From Lama glama (Eukaryota): a stretch of DNA of 60,000 nt. Location: positions 30,940,001 to 31,000,000 of the forward strand of contig CM052818.1 of the NCBI GenBank assembly GCA_028534125.1, in the 5' to 3' direction. Each line of letters begins with the position of its first letter. The stretch's first letter is position 1. Below, piece by piece: positions 11,279-24,149 of the stretch. The notes beneath the pieces were generated by a model. The model was given only the letters and a program-made list of their open reading frames with translations, searched no databases and had not been told where the DNA came from. A program made the translations under genes and the position numbers.

Positions 11279-12056
11279 TTCTCTTCTGCTGTATCCTGAG
11301 AGTTGGGAATCTCTGCCCTTGCCTTGGGTGAGAAGAGAGCCAAGAAGGGTATGGGCATCTGTGTGTAGAGTAGAAATTTGACACAGTGAGAGTGGGCCAG
11401 GAGCTCCAGAGAGCAGGAGGAGGGAGGGTACACATTGCACTGGTAACGTCCACCTGCTTCACTGCCCCTGTTCTGGAGGAGGTTTGGTGGGCCTCCAGGC
11501 AGAGGCCAGCAGAGACTGGCACGAGACAGGATAGATCAGAAAAGCCCAAAGCCCCTTCCAGCAGGTGGGAGATCACTGACAGGGGTCCCCTCCCTGGTCA
11601 AGGATGTTATACTCCCTCGTGGACCAGTAGGGAGAATTCCAAATATGCCCAGCTGGGTAGAGGGTCTCACACAGCCCACTGGAGGCAGGTTCAACAGAAT
11701 TCCAGCAACGGCTGCCTGATGCAAGCCCAGAGTGTTCTGCGTGGCACGAGCCTGTCTTCCCACGTCATTTTTCTGCCTCCGTCAAGTGGGCTTTTCTGGC
11801 AATGAAGGTGGTTTCTCAGAAGCATCTTCTTGCCTGATTCCTTTTCTTCCATCTCCGCGGGGAGACTTCCCCCTCTGCTCTCCCTCTCTGCTCTCCCCCT
11901 CTGCCCTTCTCCTCTTTAGTTACAACCTACCTGTGACTTGCAGGCTCTCTCTGGGGTGAGGTCGCATACAGGGAAGTTCCCCATTGGTGAGGGCTACCCG
12001 CAAGCCCCACCACCCATGATGGAGAACCCTCACCTCCAAGAAGGCAGCACATTCCC

Positions 12057-12420
12057 TTTTTTAAAAAAATTCAACTTTTGGTTTAGAATAACTTCCAGTT
12101 CATAGAAAAGTTGCAGAGATAGTACAGAGTTTCTCACTTAGCTCTCCCCTGTTATCCTTTTACACCACATGCAACATTTGTCACTGTGAAGAAGCCAGCG
12201 GGGCTGCACCACTGTGAACCTCAGGATCGGTTTGGGTTTCACTGGTTTTCCTGTTCCAGGAGTCAGTCTAGGCTGCCGCGTTGTGTTAGTGCTCCTCCAC
12301 TTTCCAGGCAGGCTGGGTCCCTTGGCCACTTGCTCCTTCTCACCACACCCCTGTCCAGCTCTCTCGTCCTGTCTTCCCCAGTCTCCAAGTCTCGGGCTTG
12401 ACCAGTCACTGCTGAAGCTC
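12057..12420 (-). mobile_element. Ancient L1 (L1MC/L1MD-like) 3' UTR fragment
   Basis: T-rich start, then aataacttccagttcatagaaaagttgcagagatagtacagagtttc, typical of an antisense L1MC/MD 3' end. Confidence 0.75.
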
Positions 12421-15282
12421 ATGGCCATGTCTATGGATCTTTGTCCAGAGACCTCACCTGGAGCTTTTTTCCTTCTTTCATGCTGAGAGGAAGGAAGCCA
12501 CCCTGGCCACTTGGTAAATATTTTACAGCGTCTAATGGAATCAAGTTGTTTACTCTGCAGGAAATAGAAAGGCATTTGTTAAAGTAAGTAACAAGCTGGC
12601 TGGTTGCTGATGCTTCAGGTTTAGCGAGAGACCTGGGAGCTTGAATGATTTCTGTTTAAGAAGCTTTAGTGCTGGGGCTGCAACTGGAACATCCCAGAAG
12701 TGATCAGCTTTGGCAGTTTCTTGAGGCTCAAAACCACAGGAGGCAACAGGATGTGGGAGCCAGGATCCCCGCAGCCTCAGACTCACTAGGGACTTTGCTG
12801 GGCTCCTGCTCAACTCTGTCCCCTAAATGTCTTCCTGCCCCCAGACCTCATTCTCCAAAAGTTCTCCCCTTGGCCTCTTCTTCCTTAGCTTGGCTCTCCC
12901 AGCCCATACCCTTTGGGGGTGCCTTGCGAGGCTGTGGGCCACGTCTTGAACCTGTCATGTTGGTGACTTACCAGAACCCCAATGAGCTCTGCCCATCCAC
13001 AGTGCCTCTTGCCCGTGGGACCTGGCTTTCTGGTCTAGAATGAGAAGGATGGTGCTCAACTCAGCCCAGAGATCGAGGGAAGGGGACTGTTCTTCCCAGG
13101 TGGGTCTGGGAACTCCCATGTGGCCGGAGGATGCTGTGTCATTTCCTGGTCCTGCCCAACTTTCCCCACCTCTTCTTCCCGCCCCTGCTTTCCCATACTC
13201 CCCACCCACCACCGCAAGAGTTTCCTTTCACAGAAGAGTGAAATAAAAATGTTTATTATTTAAGCCAAGGCGTATAAAGGCTGTAGTAAATTGTTTTGAT
13301 GCCATTTACAAGCTGTGCCTCATAGTAAAGTTTAATGTGAAGTCACAAGGGAATCAGTGAAGGAGGTCTGAGCGGCATCTTGAGTGTGGGGAAATGGGTC
13401 TCACAGACCCACAAGTTTGCAGTTTCGTCCCCTCTTTGCTTGTCACTCTAAGATAAGCACTGTCCTCCTGGTCCTCCGTGTTTTGCCCTGTGAACTCCTT
13501 TCCCTCTTCTTAGCCTGCACCCCGACCTCACCCCTCGCCCCCTCACCCCCTTGTTGGTCCCCCTGACCCCCTTCAGATGCACACCCCGTTCCATGTTCTC
13601 CATGACCCAAGGGAATGGGCCGCTGGTGTGGTTCCTTGGTGCTTCCCTAGGTGATCTGGAAGCCATGCAGGGAGCCAGCTCGGAGCCCTCAGAAGCCTCT
13701 GATTGGATTTTAGAGATTTACAAGGAGCATTGGGTCATCTTTCTCTGTTGTCTTCAGTGATCATCGTTCCCGTTTTGAGCATTTAACAAGTACAAATTGG
13801 CATGTGATACCTGAGAACAAGCTGAAGACACAGACCCTAACCCTGAGAGGGGGGATCCAAGACAGAGGTTACTGAAGTGGACAGATGAACAACTACACCT
13901 GGAGAACAGCCAACAGGATCTGTTTGGAAGTGAGCCAGTGGAGGACCATGCTACACTGCAGAGAACCAACACATAAGATACATACCAGGGGAACGTGCGG
14001 GATCTGCAAGGATGACTGGGGAAATTTGCCATGGCCTGGGGTCCTCCGTCCTCATCATGAGGGAAGGCTGGCCAGGCAGGGTGACAGGAGGGAAAGGAGA
14101 GGATGGCAGAGGGGCCTGTGGGCTGGAGGGGGCCTTTGTCCAGTGAAGGGGTCTGGGTGGGAATGAGCGGGTCAGGGGAAGGGCTCTGAATCCTAGCAAG
14201 TGGGTAGGGGAGTGGGTGGGGTGTGAATTCAGTCCTCTTCACAAGGACAGAGGGGTGTCTTTGGGGTCTAGGGGAGAGACCTGACCTGGTCCAAGGTCAA
14301 GAGAATGATATCAGTGACATTGAGTGAAGGGGTCAGCACAGAGCTCTCGGTATATTGAGGGAGAGAGGATGAGACCTTGGCTCATGGTGGGCAGCTCAGT
14401 GGTAGAGCCATGGCAGAACTCCATCGAAGGATGCAGCTCTTGGTGTGGGAGGGCAGACGAGGCAGGGTTTGGGGTGGGAGGCTGTCCCATGGCCTGGTCA
14501 TCTCTACCATTCTCCCTCTCTTTCATTTTTGTTCCTAAGAAACTGCCCACTTAGTGCTTTAGCTTCCAGAGGCCGGTGGGCGGTGAGTTTTGGAAGTGGA
14601 TGAGGGCAGGTGAGGTCCTCACCTAACCTGGGGCTTCCAGGCCCAGCCCTACAGTCTGGCTACCATGAGGGGTCTCAGCCAGAAGAGAAGCAGAACCTGC
14701 TCTTCCTTCTGCCATTCTCCCTTATCAGGGTCCTCGCGGGGAAGAAGTGGCTGGTTGAAAGCACATTTGGGCATTCCTATGTCCCTTGCCAAAAGCCATA
14801 GAGCCAGCAGGGCCCCAAGCCTATGGTTCTAATAGAAAGCAGGAAAAAAAGACCAGTTCAGGTTCCCTACCCTCTTGCCTGGCTGGGCAGCACGTACAGC
14901 TAGGAGTCCTCTTTCATGGTGACAGTTATCCCTGACTCTGAACATGTCCCTCTGGGCCCTGGGCAGGTGTCTTCTTGGCCCTTGCGTCTGGGCCATTTCT
15001 CCCAGAGAGCTGGGAGCTGGCTCTCTGGCGTTTGGAGGCATCCCACGTGCTCAGCAGCTTTGGATTAAAATGTTCTAAATCCACCTATTATGGACCATAA
15101 GCTGCAGCCCCAAGGGGCTGGTGCTTGGCTGAGAGCCAGCACTCCCTGGTGTGGGCTGGACACTGCACTGAAAACGAGCCTGGAGACAAGGGCGGTGGGT
15201 CCGCGGCAGCTGGGGGGCCTCGGCTCCTGCAGCACGACTCCGGCTGTGTGGTCCTCTTTCTGGTCGAGGCTGCTGAGACTTC

Positions 15283-15445
15283 ATCACTGCTTTGTCCCCT
15301 GAGGGCACAAGTCTCATCTGCACAGATAGTTGATATGCAGATTCCAGGGCCTTCTTGCCTAGTTTATGATTCAGTATGTCTGGGGTATGGCCCTGAGATC
15401 TTCTGGGGAGTCCTGACGTACAGCTGGATTTGAGAATCCTTGCTC
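15283..15445. mobile_element. MER5-type hAT-Charlie MITE
   Basis: atgcagattccagggcc...tgattcagtatgtctggggtatggccctgagatc...tttgagaatccttgctc. Confidence 0.75.
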
Positions 15446-16879
15446 CAGTCCACCCTCTTCTAGAAACGATCCCTTCCAGGTCCTAGCCCAGGCTCTCCTG
15501 GATTTGGTTGTGGAAGGGATACTGGGGACACAACCTGGGGCCTCCCTCCCCTTGATTTTGGCTCTACAAAGGGAAGAAGTGTTACCTGTAGTGCCATCAG
15601 ACCTCAGAGTACAGAGTCCTTGGGGAGACCTAATTCTGAAGCTATTCAGAGCCCAGTGGGTGGCTACAAACAGGAACCGGGGCCCCTGGGACCCCCTGTC
15701 TTCTAGAAGAGGGCTGGGTAAGGAGCAGCATAGTAAGCAGGATAAGGGTCTCTTGCCAGCAGCGGGGGAGGCAGGGCTACGTGGTGTGTGGATTTTGGAG
15801 ACTAGCGTTTTCTCACTGGCACGTCTGAGCCCAGCGTGGCACCTTGCTTGTTATTAAGCCTCAGCTGGTCCCCGGATGCTGGGATGTAGAAATGGCTCCC
15901 CAACGACTAGGGCTTCAAAGCTCAAGATTTGGACCAGTTTTCTCATCTTCTCTTCCCAAATGTGCCAGATTGTGGGTGTGGCTCAGATATTTCAGTAGAT
16001 CCATCCTTCCTGCCCCTTTGCACCTAACCCTCTTCTTCAGCAAACTGGTCTTTTCTTGCCAACGTTCAAATGGCTCTGACATCTGCCTTCCCACCTCCTA
16101 TCCTGAAAGGTTTAAGGTTTTCTGGGTGATGATTTCCTGTGAGCATATTGGCTTGAATTTCCAATGCCTTTGGTGGATCTGGCACCCCATACTTCTGACT
16201 ACCCAGATGCTGCTGGGATAGAGTGTAGCCAGTGTGTAATTTCTAAAAGAATCCTTTCTGGTTTGTGCACTGTTAATATGAAGCATTGAAGTACACATTT
16301 CTAGAGTGCATAGATCACACATCTGTTTGTCTTGCTCTGATTTACCTCCTACACACAGAATAGTTAAATCCACGTCCTGATGGAGATGGTGGTAGTGTCA
16401 GTAATGTTAATAATTGGGAATGCCAAAGAGGAAAACAGGACGATTTGAATGTGAACCTGGATTCTGGGGAGGAAAGCAATGCAGTGTCTGTATTTTAAAA
16501 GGGCAGTGTGTTCACTTTGCAAGCCATTGCTAGGTGAAGTGATCAGGGCAGTATTTTCTTGCTGAATCCTTCCAGATATTTCTGGAAACTCTGATGTGTC
16601 AGGACAAAAGGCTTTCTTTTTACAATGATGTGTGGCTTTCAAAGGCTTACTAAGGGGAACATGGGGAAACAATTATATGAAAAAAATTGATCTTTGAATG
16701 ATTAAAGGGTCTTGTAATACGTTGTTAGTCCTTTGCTGTGCTGTTATAGAGTACAGTACATGAAGTCAGGGAACTTGACCGCATTCCCAGAGGGTGAGTC
16801 TTCCTGGTACTGCTTTCCGAGATGCAGGGAGGCACCCTGTAGCCTGGCCCGCTCTTTCCCCTGTCATCTTACCCTTGCC

Positions 16880-17095
16880 TGACTTATTACTGAACACTGT
16901 TGTGTCTGTGATCATGGCACCTTGTATAGACGTCTGACGTCGTAATGTACTATAATTCTTGGTTTACATGTTGATTTCTCTGCACTGTGGGGAGGAATCG
17001 GTGCGGTGCGGTGTGGTGTCTTATTAGTTTTTACATACATAAAGACTAGCATGTAGTAAGCCCTCAATATATGTTTGTTGAATAAATTAATTTTG
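16880..17095 (+). mobile_element. L2 3' end fragment
   Basis: tagcatgtagtaagccctcaatatatgtttgttgaataaat matches the L2 3' terminus. Confidence 0.6.
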
Positions 17096-17321
17096 GAAAA
17101 ACACTAGGAAAAGAAAAAAAGAATCACCTGGTCCATCCCTTCCTGGTGGAGTGGAGGATCCCAGAGAGTTTTAATACCTTGTCCAGAGCCCCAGCACCAG
17201 ATTGTGTCCCCTACAGGGACTGGATCTTTTGCTTTCTGTCTCCAAGTGCAGCGTTTTTGGCTGGAGTTCTCAAGTTGTGGTTTTTTCCCCTCTTGTTTAT
17301 CTACAGCATTTTTCTTCTTCA

Positions 17322-18235
17322 CATATTCATTCATTGACTCATGCTTAGGTTGTTTGTTGAACAGCTACAGTGGGCTAGGTACAAAACAAAGCAGATAAAG
17401 AATGCTAATGGAGCTTTTGTTTTAGTAGGGGAAGACAGCCAATGAATAATCAGCATAATTAATAAGGAAAGTATATCGTACATCAGAAGGAAATCAGTGC
17501 TATGTAAAAAGGAAACAGGAGAGTGGGGAGATTGGAAATATTGAGCAGGCGCTGGCAGTAGGTTGCAGCATTTCATGGGATGTGAGTGAGAAAGCGAGGT
17601 TTGAGCAAAGACTTGAAGGAGGGATAGGATTTCGTCTTGTGTATGCCTGGGGAAGCGTGTTTCTGGCTGACAGAAGCACTCAAGCCAAGGCTCCAAGGTT
17701 AACTTTGCTTGGAGTGTCTGAAGCCAGGGACCGGCAGAGTGGAGCAGGCAGGGGTGAGAGGAGGGGAAGAAGTTGGGGATGAGCTGAGGCAGGCACCAGA
17801 GCCATGGCAGGTAGGGCCTTGCAAGCCCTACACAGAATTTTGGCTTGGATTCGGAATGAAATGGAGAGCCATTAGAGGGTTTTGAGGAAAGGAATGACAT
17901 GATTTGACTTGTTTTGAAAAAGAACCAGTTGTTGTTTTGAAAACAGACATTAGGAGAGCAAGGGTACAAGCAAGGAGATCTAGTGGGAGGCTGTTGAAAT
18001 CATCCAGACCCAAGATGAAGGGGACTTGGATCAAGGTGGTAGCAGCAGTAGAGGTGGGAGAGGAGGCAGGTGCTGGATACGTTTCAATGGGCGAGCCAAG
18101 AAGAGTTCCTGATGGACTAGCTACAGGGTACAAGAAAGAGGAAGAGAGTGAAAGATAGCCCAAGGTTTTCACCTCAGCAAATGGATGTATGGAATTGCCA
18201 TCCACAGAGATGGAAAGGCGGTGTGTGAAGCTGGA
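17322..18235 (-). mobile_element. L2 LINE (~0.9 kb)
   Basis: cattcattcattgactcat start; tttgagcaaagacttgaagga; ggagagccattagagggttttgaggaaaggaatgacatgatttgactt; ggaggctgttgaaatcatccag. Confidence 0.9.
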
Positions 18236-18739
18236 TTCCCCATCTCCCAGCTTGCCCCACTGGTTCATCCCTGAGATGAAAGAGAAGTAGGGGGATATGG
18301 AAGGCCACCCATCCCAGTGAGACAACAGTTCCCACTTCTGTTTGGAACACTCCTTTTTCTTCACCAATTCTAGTGCTACCCTTTGATTATTCCCTTTGAG
18401 ATTCACCACCTCCTTCATGCCATCTACCTTGATTAATTTTACCTGGCTGAAGTCTCCCAGTTCCTTCCGTATTCATACATAGATATGCTTTACTTAACAC
18501 AGTAGATGAGCTTTTGAAAAGAGAGGTGTTAAGTCATCCTTTAAAAAATATTGAAGCCTATTTTATATTTGCCAGGGGAGTGAACTATTTAAAGTACCCT
18601 ATTATTAATGCTTTTGTAAGGTGAAGAATTCTTTTGTTAGATGACTGTGGATCTCCACTAATTTATCCGTTTGGAAAGATCAGGTTACAAATGTATAAAA
18701 CTGAGTGTGCACTTACATAACCCGTCTCTATACATGAGG

Positions 18740-19620
18740 TACCTGCTAAGCATCTCACTGGGGGGCCACTGGGACCCCAGGCTCAGTGTGTTCTCACCTG
18801 AGCTCATCATTTTCCTCCTAGACCCTCTTTTCACCCAGGCCTGAAACCTCAGAGTTATCTCTTGATGTCTATCCTCCTCCTCCTCTTGGTCCCTCTCTCC
18901 GCAGCTCCTCCTTTCACACCTGTGAATTCCCTCGCATCTCCCGTGTTCTCTCCCTGACCCTCTGCCTCTGTCATAGTTCAGGTGCCCAGGACATTGTAAT
19001 GGACTTCTAACTCTTCTCCCTGTAACTACTCTATCCTGTCCTCTGATGCCTCATTCCTCATTCAGCTATGCCCCCAAACTGCCAAAAGCATCATTCTCAT
19101 CACGACTCTTCTCTGCTCAGACATCTGTAATCTCCCCCATCACCTTGCCTGGAGCGTCCAACTAAACACCTGAGCGTCGTGTCTGAAACCCTGTCTGTAT
19201 CAGTCTGCATGCACCTTTCTGGCCTTCCCGGCTCCTCTTCTGCATTCATCTTCGTGCACCAGGAGGGGTGTACGGGGTGAGACATTTACTGCTTGCCTGC
19301 GGCCCTGAGCGTGAGCAGGTGTGGGCCCAACTTCATCAGCCCAGGCCGGCAGTGCCCCTCGGGCCACCTTATTTTGCTCAAATCCTCTCCATTTTCAAAG
19401 ACCTCCCAAGCACCCCTTCCTATTGGAAGCTGTCTGTTCTTCAGACAGCCCTGAGCGCTCCCTCCGTAGAACTGTATGCAAGCTATTTTGATTGCACGCA
19501 TCCTTCTGGTCCTTATTCTCCCTTTCATATCTTCCTCACCAGAACTGCATGCTTCCTGCATGGCCATCTTCATCCTCACCTTTCTCTTTCATGTCTTATG
19601 TGAAGCAAGAACTTAATAAA
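18740..19620 (+). mobile_element. Degenerate L2 fragments
   Basis: Pyrimidine-rich tract with L2 motifs (ctgagctcatcattttcctcc, ggcctgaaacctcagagttatctcttga, cattgtaatggacttctaactc). Confidence 0.6.
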
Positions 19621-21094
19621 AATGTGCTGTCCTGTCTGGCTGTCCTTCGTCTTATTAATGTTTTATTGTTGACATGTGCTGCATACATTAAATTGTAAGC
19701 TTTGGGAAGTCTGGAGCTGTCTTTTTTTTTTTTTTTCACCTCCATCCTTGCCATACAGTCCCCACAGAAGGTGTTTCTTGTGCGAGGAGCTGAGTTCTCC
19801 AATAGCCCTTGTGTTTCAAGGTTGTCCGACCCTAGTGGCAGAAGCACAGCAAATTGGGAATTCATCCCAGGCACTCTGGCCTCTGGTTTGTTTATTCCTT
19901 CCTTCATTTATTTATATCCCACATGGCGGGTATGAATTTCAGGCCACAACAGTCGAGTACAAGAAATGTCACATTTCTTTATTTCTCTAAATCAAATTTA
20001 ATCTGTGCCAAGCTTCCACCTGCTGAACTGGCAGGAAATTCAATCTGTCTTTTGAGAGTCCCTCGCGCCCAGCCGCTCCCTGAAGTTTGTACAGAAGCTT
20101 TAGGGGTCTCGCTCGTCCTGAGTTGCTGAGGAAGGACCCTTTGGTTTGGGGCCATACTGGTCACATCCTAGTTCATGTGATCTGCAGGCGGGTGGCTCTT
20201 CTGCTTTTGGATTAAGGGAGTTTGAGGGCCCAGGCCGGAAGCATCCAGTCCTTTCTGAGACCCTCCCACAGCCCCCTGCACTGTAAGTAGAAGACCCCTA
20301 GCCTCCAGCACTCAAGGTGGCTCCAGAAACCAGGCCCCATCTCAGCTTCAGGGGATACTCTTAAAACTTCCTCCAGATAGGAGGGGAGAGATGCCTCTTG
20401 TCCTTGTAGCCTATTTCAGTATTGCCAGAAAAAAAGTTAATATCAGAGTGATTTACCTGTCATACCTCTCAATAAAGTGATTTATGCTCAGTACACATGT
20501 TATAAATTTGTGACAGTGTAGAAATAGAAATAAAAAATGTGGACCTGGGAAAGAACCCAGAGTCCCAGTAACTATAATTGCTATAGTTAAGCTTCACATT
20601 GGACTCTGTGCTTTCTGGTTGTCAAAGTGAAAAGGGAGATGGGATTTCATAACCCTATTATCAGAAAGGGAGAAACAATCTGTTTCTCAAGAGAAGCAAA
20701 GATTTTTCTATTACTTGATTTGAACATAAATTTCTCTTATGAAGCTTTGTAAGGGGGATACCCAGCTCAACCCTCTAAGATACTGCATGCAGGTCTCTGT
20801 TCCTTGTAGCTCGTGCCTCTTGGTAACTACGTGTGGTGATAAGTGTGTCTGAGCCCTGCACAGAGGAGCTGTGAGCACAGATGTTGGTTCCTTCTTTTGC
20901 TACCTTTATCTCTTGTTCAGATTTCTAAATATGGCCAGATGGTATTGATCTCCCCACCGCACCATAGCCTAAGCGGAACACAGACTGAAAGCAGCACCAA
21001 CTAAAGACCATAACCGAAGCGACAGAAAAGTCTGGCCAGTCTGGGCAGGTAGTTCAGCTCCTAATGTTGCCTTTGTCTGTTAATGGCCTTGGCT

Positions 21095-21095
<1 letters not shown>

Positions 21096-21125
<30 letters not shown>
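21096..21125. repeat. Poly(T) run, 30 nt
   Basis: Uninterrupted T30. Confidence 0.95.
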
Positions 21126-21128
<3 letters not shown>

Positions 21129-21486
21129 GCTGAAATCTCTTTGAACCTCAGGGCTGGGACTCTGTCTTCATCATGGAATCACCAATGCCTTGTATGGTGC
21201 CTTTCATTTAAGAAGTACTGAGTAAATCATTGTTGAGTTCACGCGCTTGCTTTCCTCTCTACTTCCTACCTGTAACATACTCTTTTAAGTTACCCTCCTG
21301 TGTTTCAGGAATAATGTGGAGCTAGGGAGAAAAGAGTTCCTCCAAGGTGGACGTTTCTCCACCTCATACAAGTCAGGACTAGGAAATAAGTCTGAGGATC
21401 CATCAGTGATTTAAGGGACATATGAGAATTAAAGGAAAAGGTAAGAACATTGTTTCATTAAATAGGGAGTATCAATAAAGAGATAA

Positions 21487-21493
<7 letters not shown>

Positions 21494-21525
<32 letters not shown>

Positions 21526-21549
21526 TATACACACACACACACACATACA
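21494..21549. repeat. (TA)n and (CA)n microsatellites inside the L1
   Basis: tatatata... followed by acacacac... seen directly. Confidence 0.95.
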
Positions 21550-22737
21550 CCCCAAATAGACATTCTGGACTTGGAAAGTATAATAACTGAAATGAAAAAT
21601 TCACTGGAGAGACTCAACAGTATATTCGAGTTGGCAGAAGAAAGAATCAGTGAACTTAAAAATAGGTCAATCGATATTATCTAGTCTGAGGAACAGGATG
21701 AAAAAAGAAGAATAGACAAAATATGACACCTGTGGGACACTATAAAGTAAACCATCATACGGGTAATAGAGTCCCAGAAGGAGAGAAGAGAAAGTGGCAG
21801 AAAGAATATTTGAAGAAATATTGTCCAAAAACTTTCTAAGTTTATGGAAAGCACTAATCTACACATCCAAGAATCTCAACAAATTCTAAGTAGAGTAACT
21901 CCAAGAAATCAACACCCAAATACATAAACCATCGAAAGTCAAAGACAGAGAGAATCTTTAAAGCAGCAGGAGAGATGTGTCAGGGACTAGGAATCTCAAA
22001 AGCTTAACAGCTGACTTCTCATCAGAAAGCTTAAAAGCCAGAAGTCAGGGGTCTTGAATATTCAACATGTTGAAAGAAAAAGACTGTCAGCTAAACACTT
22101 TTATATTCGGTAAAAACTATCCTTCAAAAGGAGAAATTGAGACATTCTCAGGTAAAGGAAAACAAAATTTGTTGTTAGAAGACCTGCTCTACAAGAAATA
22201 TGAAAGAGTCTTCCAGGCTGAAATGCAAAAAACACTGGAGGTAACTCAAATCCACACCAAGAAATAGAGAACAGTAGTAAAAATTACTACGGTGTTAATG
22301 TATTTTTCTTTTGTTACTCTTTTCTTTTCCTACCTGATTTGAAAGACAGCATACAAAGCAGTAATTATAAGAGTGTGTTGTCAGGCTTAGCATGCATGAT
22401 GACATGATTTGTATGGCTATAATAGCATGAAGTAGAGGGCAAAGAATGGAGCTATACTGGAGCAAAGTTTTTATATCCTACTGAAAATAAGTTGGTATTC
22501 ATCTGAACTAGACTGTTATAAATTGAGATGTTAATTGTAATTTCCAGGGAACTCACTAAAAAAAGAATTCAAAGACGAAGAAGAAAAAACAGTGGGAAAT
22601 AAAAATGGTACACTAGAAAACATCCATATAACATAAAAAAAGCAATAATGGAGAAATAAAGGGAAAAAAGACATAAGACACACAGAAGACAAACAGCAAA
22701 ATAGCAGGCATATAAATCCCACCTTATCGCTAATTAT

Positions 22738-22893
22738 TTTTTTTTATTTTTTATTTTGTTTTGTTTTGTTTTTAGGGGGGAGGTAATTAGGCTTACTTAT
22801 CTTTATTAACTTTTTAATGGAGGTACTGGGGATTGAACTTAGGACCTTGTGCATGCTAGGCATGCACTCTACCACTGAGCTATGCCCTCCCCC
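22738..22893 (-). mobile_element. Young tRNA-derived SINE, camelid vic-1 type, nested in the L1
   Basis: Reverse complement reads ggggagggcatagctcagtggtagagtgcatgcctagcatgcacaaggtcctaagttcaatccccagtacctcc + A-rich tail; TSD taattat at 22731-22737 and 22894-22900. Confidence 0.93.
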
Positions 22894-24149
22894 TAATTAT
22901 ATTATATTTACATAGACTCAACACTTTAATCAAAAGGCAGAGATCGGCAAAATGGATTTTGAAAAAACATGATCCAACCTACATGTAGTCTACAGCAGAC
23001 CTATTTTCAATTCAAAGACATGGATTGGTTGGAAATCAAAGGATAGTTAGAGGTAGAATGTGCAAATAGTAACCAAAAGGATATATACTAATATCCAGAC
23101 ATAATAAACTTTAAGACCAAATTTGTACTGGAGACCCAGAATATTTTATAATAATAAAAGGGTCAATTTATCAGGAGGGTGTAATAAAGATAAGCATAAT
23201 CACCTAACAGCAGAACCCCAAAATACATGAGACGGAAGTTAACAGAACTGAAGGAAGCAATAGACAATTCGACGATAATAGCAGGAGATTTCAATACCCC
23301 ACTTTCAATAATGGATAGAAAGCTCAGCAGATGACCAACAAGGGGATAGATGGCGTGGTCACCATAAACCTACTAGACTAAACTGATATTCTTAGAACAT
23401 TCCATCCAACAGCAACAGAATAGACATTCTTCTCCAGTGCACATGGGACATTCTCCAGGATATACTGTATATCAGGACTTGCAAGAACTCAGTAAATTAA
23501 AAAGGATTGAATTCATACAAAATAATCTCTCCAACCACAGCGGAGTAACATTGGAAAGCAATTACAGAAGGAAGTTTGGGAAGTGAACAAATATGTGGAA
23601 ACTAAACAACTTCTAACTACTTCTAACTAACTAATGGATTAAAGAAGAAATCACAGGGAAACTAGAAAATTCTTTGAGAAGCATGAAAAAGAAAACACAA
23701 CATACCCAAACCTATGGGGTGCTGCTTAGTCAGCGCTGAGAGGGAAATTGATGGCTGTCTGTGAGTGCCTATATTTAAAACGAAGAAAGATCTTAAATCA
23801 ATAACCTAAACTTTCACCTTGAGAAATCAGAAAAAGCAGATCAAAGAGACAGAAGGAAATTCATAAAGATTAGAGCAGGAATAAATCAAATAGAGAATAG
23901 AAAAACAATCAAAAGACCAGAAAAAGATCAAAAGTCAGTGACTGCTGTAGCCACACGGGGCTCAAGGGAACCTGCCAGGCAAGGCTGCCAAGTAAGCCAC
24001 TTCCCACTGGGCAGGGTCCTGGTGTGGACTCAGCGCAAAGCAGGGGCTGGGAGGAGTCCTTGAAACTTTTTCCTTGAAGAGTGACAAAACGAAATAAGTA
24101 TTATAAAGGATTATTTGGTATCATTGTTCTGTTCGTTATTTGGGACCTG

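Larger units (their letters stand above)
21460..23930 (+). mobile_element. Ancient L1 (L1M-type) relic: ORF1 3' half, inter-ORF spacer and ORF2 endonuclease region; 3'-truncated, with frameshifts and stops
   Basis: aaatgaaaaattcactggagagactcaacag...gcagaagaaagaatcagtgaactt (ORF1 coiled coil); ORF 22067-22267 LKEKDCQ..KGEIETFS resembles the ORF1p CTD; atcaaaaggcagagatcggcaaaatggatt, ggagatttcaataccccact and acattcttctccagtgcacatgggacattctccagg are ORF2 EN motifs. Confidence 0.92.

Noticed and set aside
14393..14408. Perfect tRNA A-box-like 16-mer agctcagtggtagagc
   Set aside because: No B box, cloverleaf, tail or TSD; probably chance
17331..18418. 212-aa and 196-aa minus-strand ORFs
   Set aside because: Lie mostly within a decayed L2; not cellular genes
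21309..21440. 132-nt exon-like interval (tgtttcag acceptor, aag|gtaaga donor)
   Set aside because: Stops in all three frames; could only be a non-coding exon, and there is no evidence of transcription
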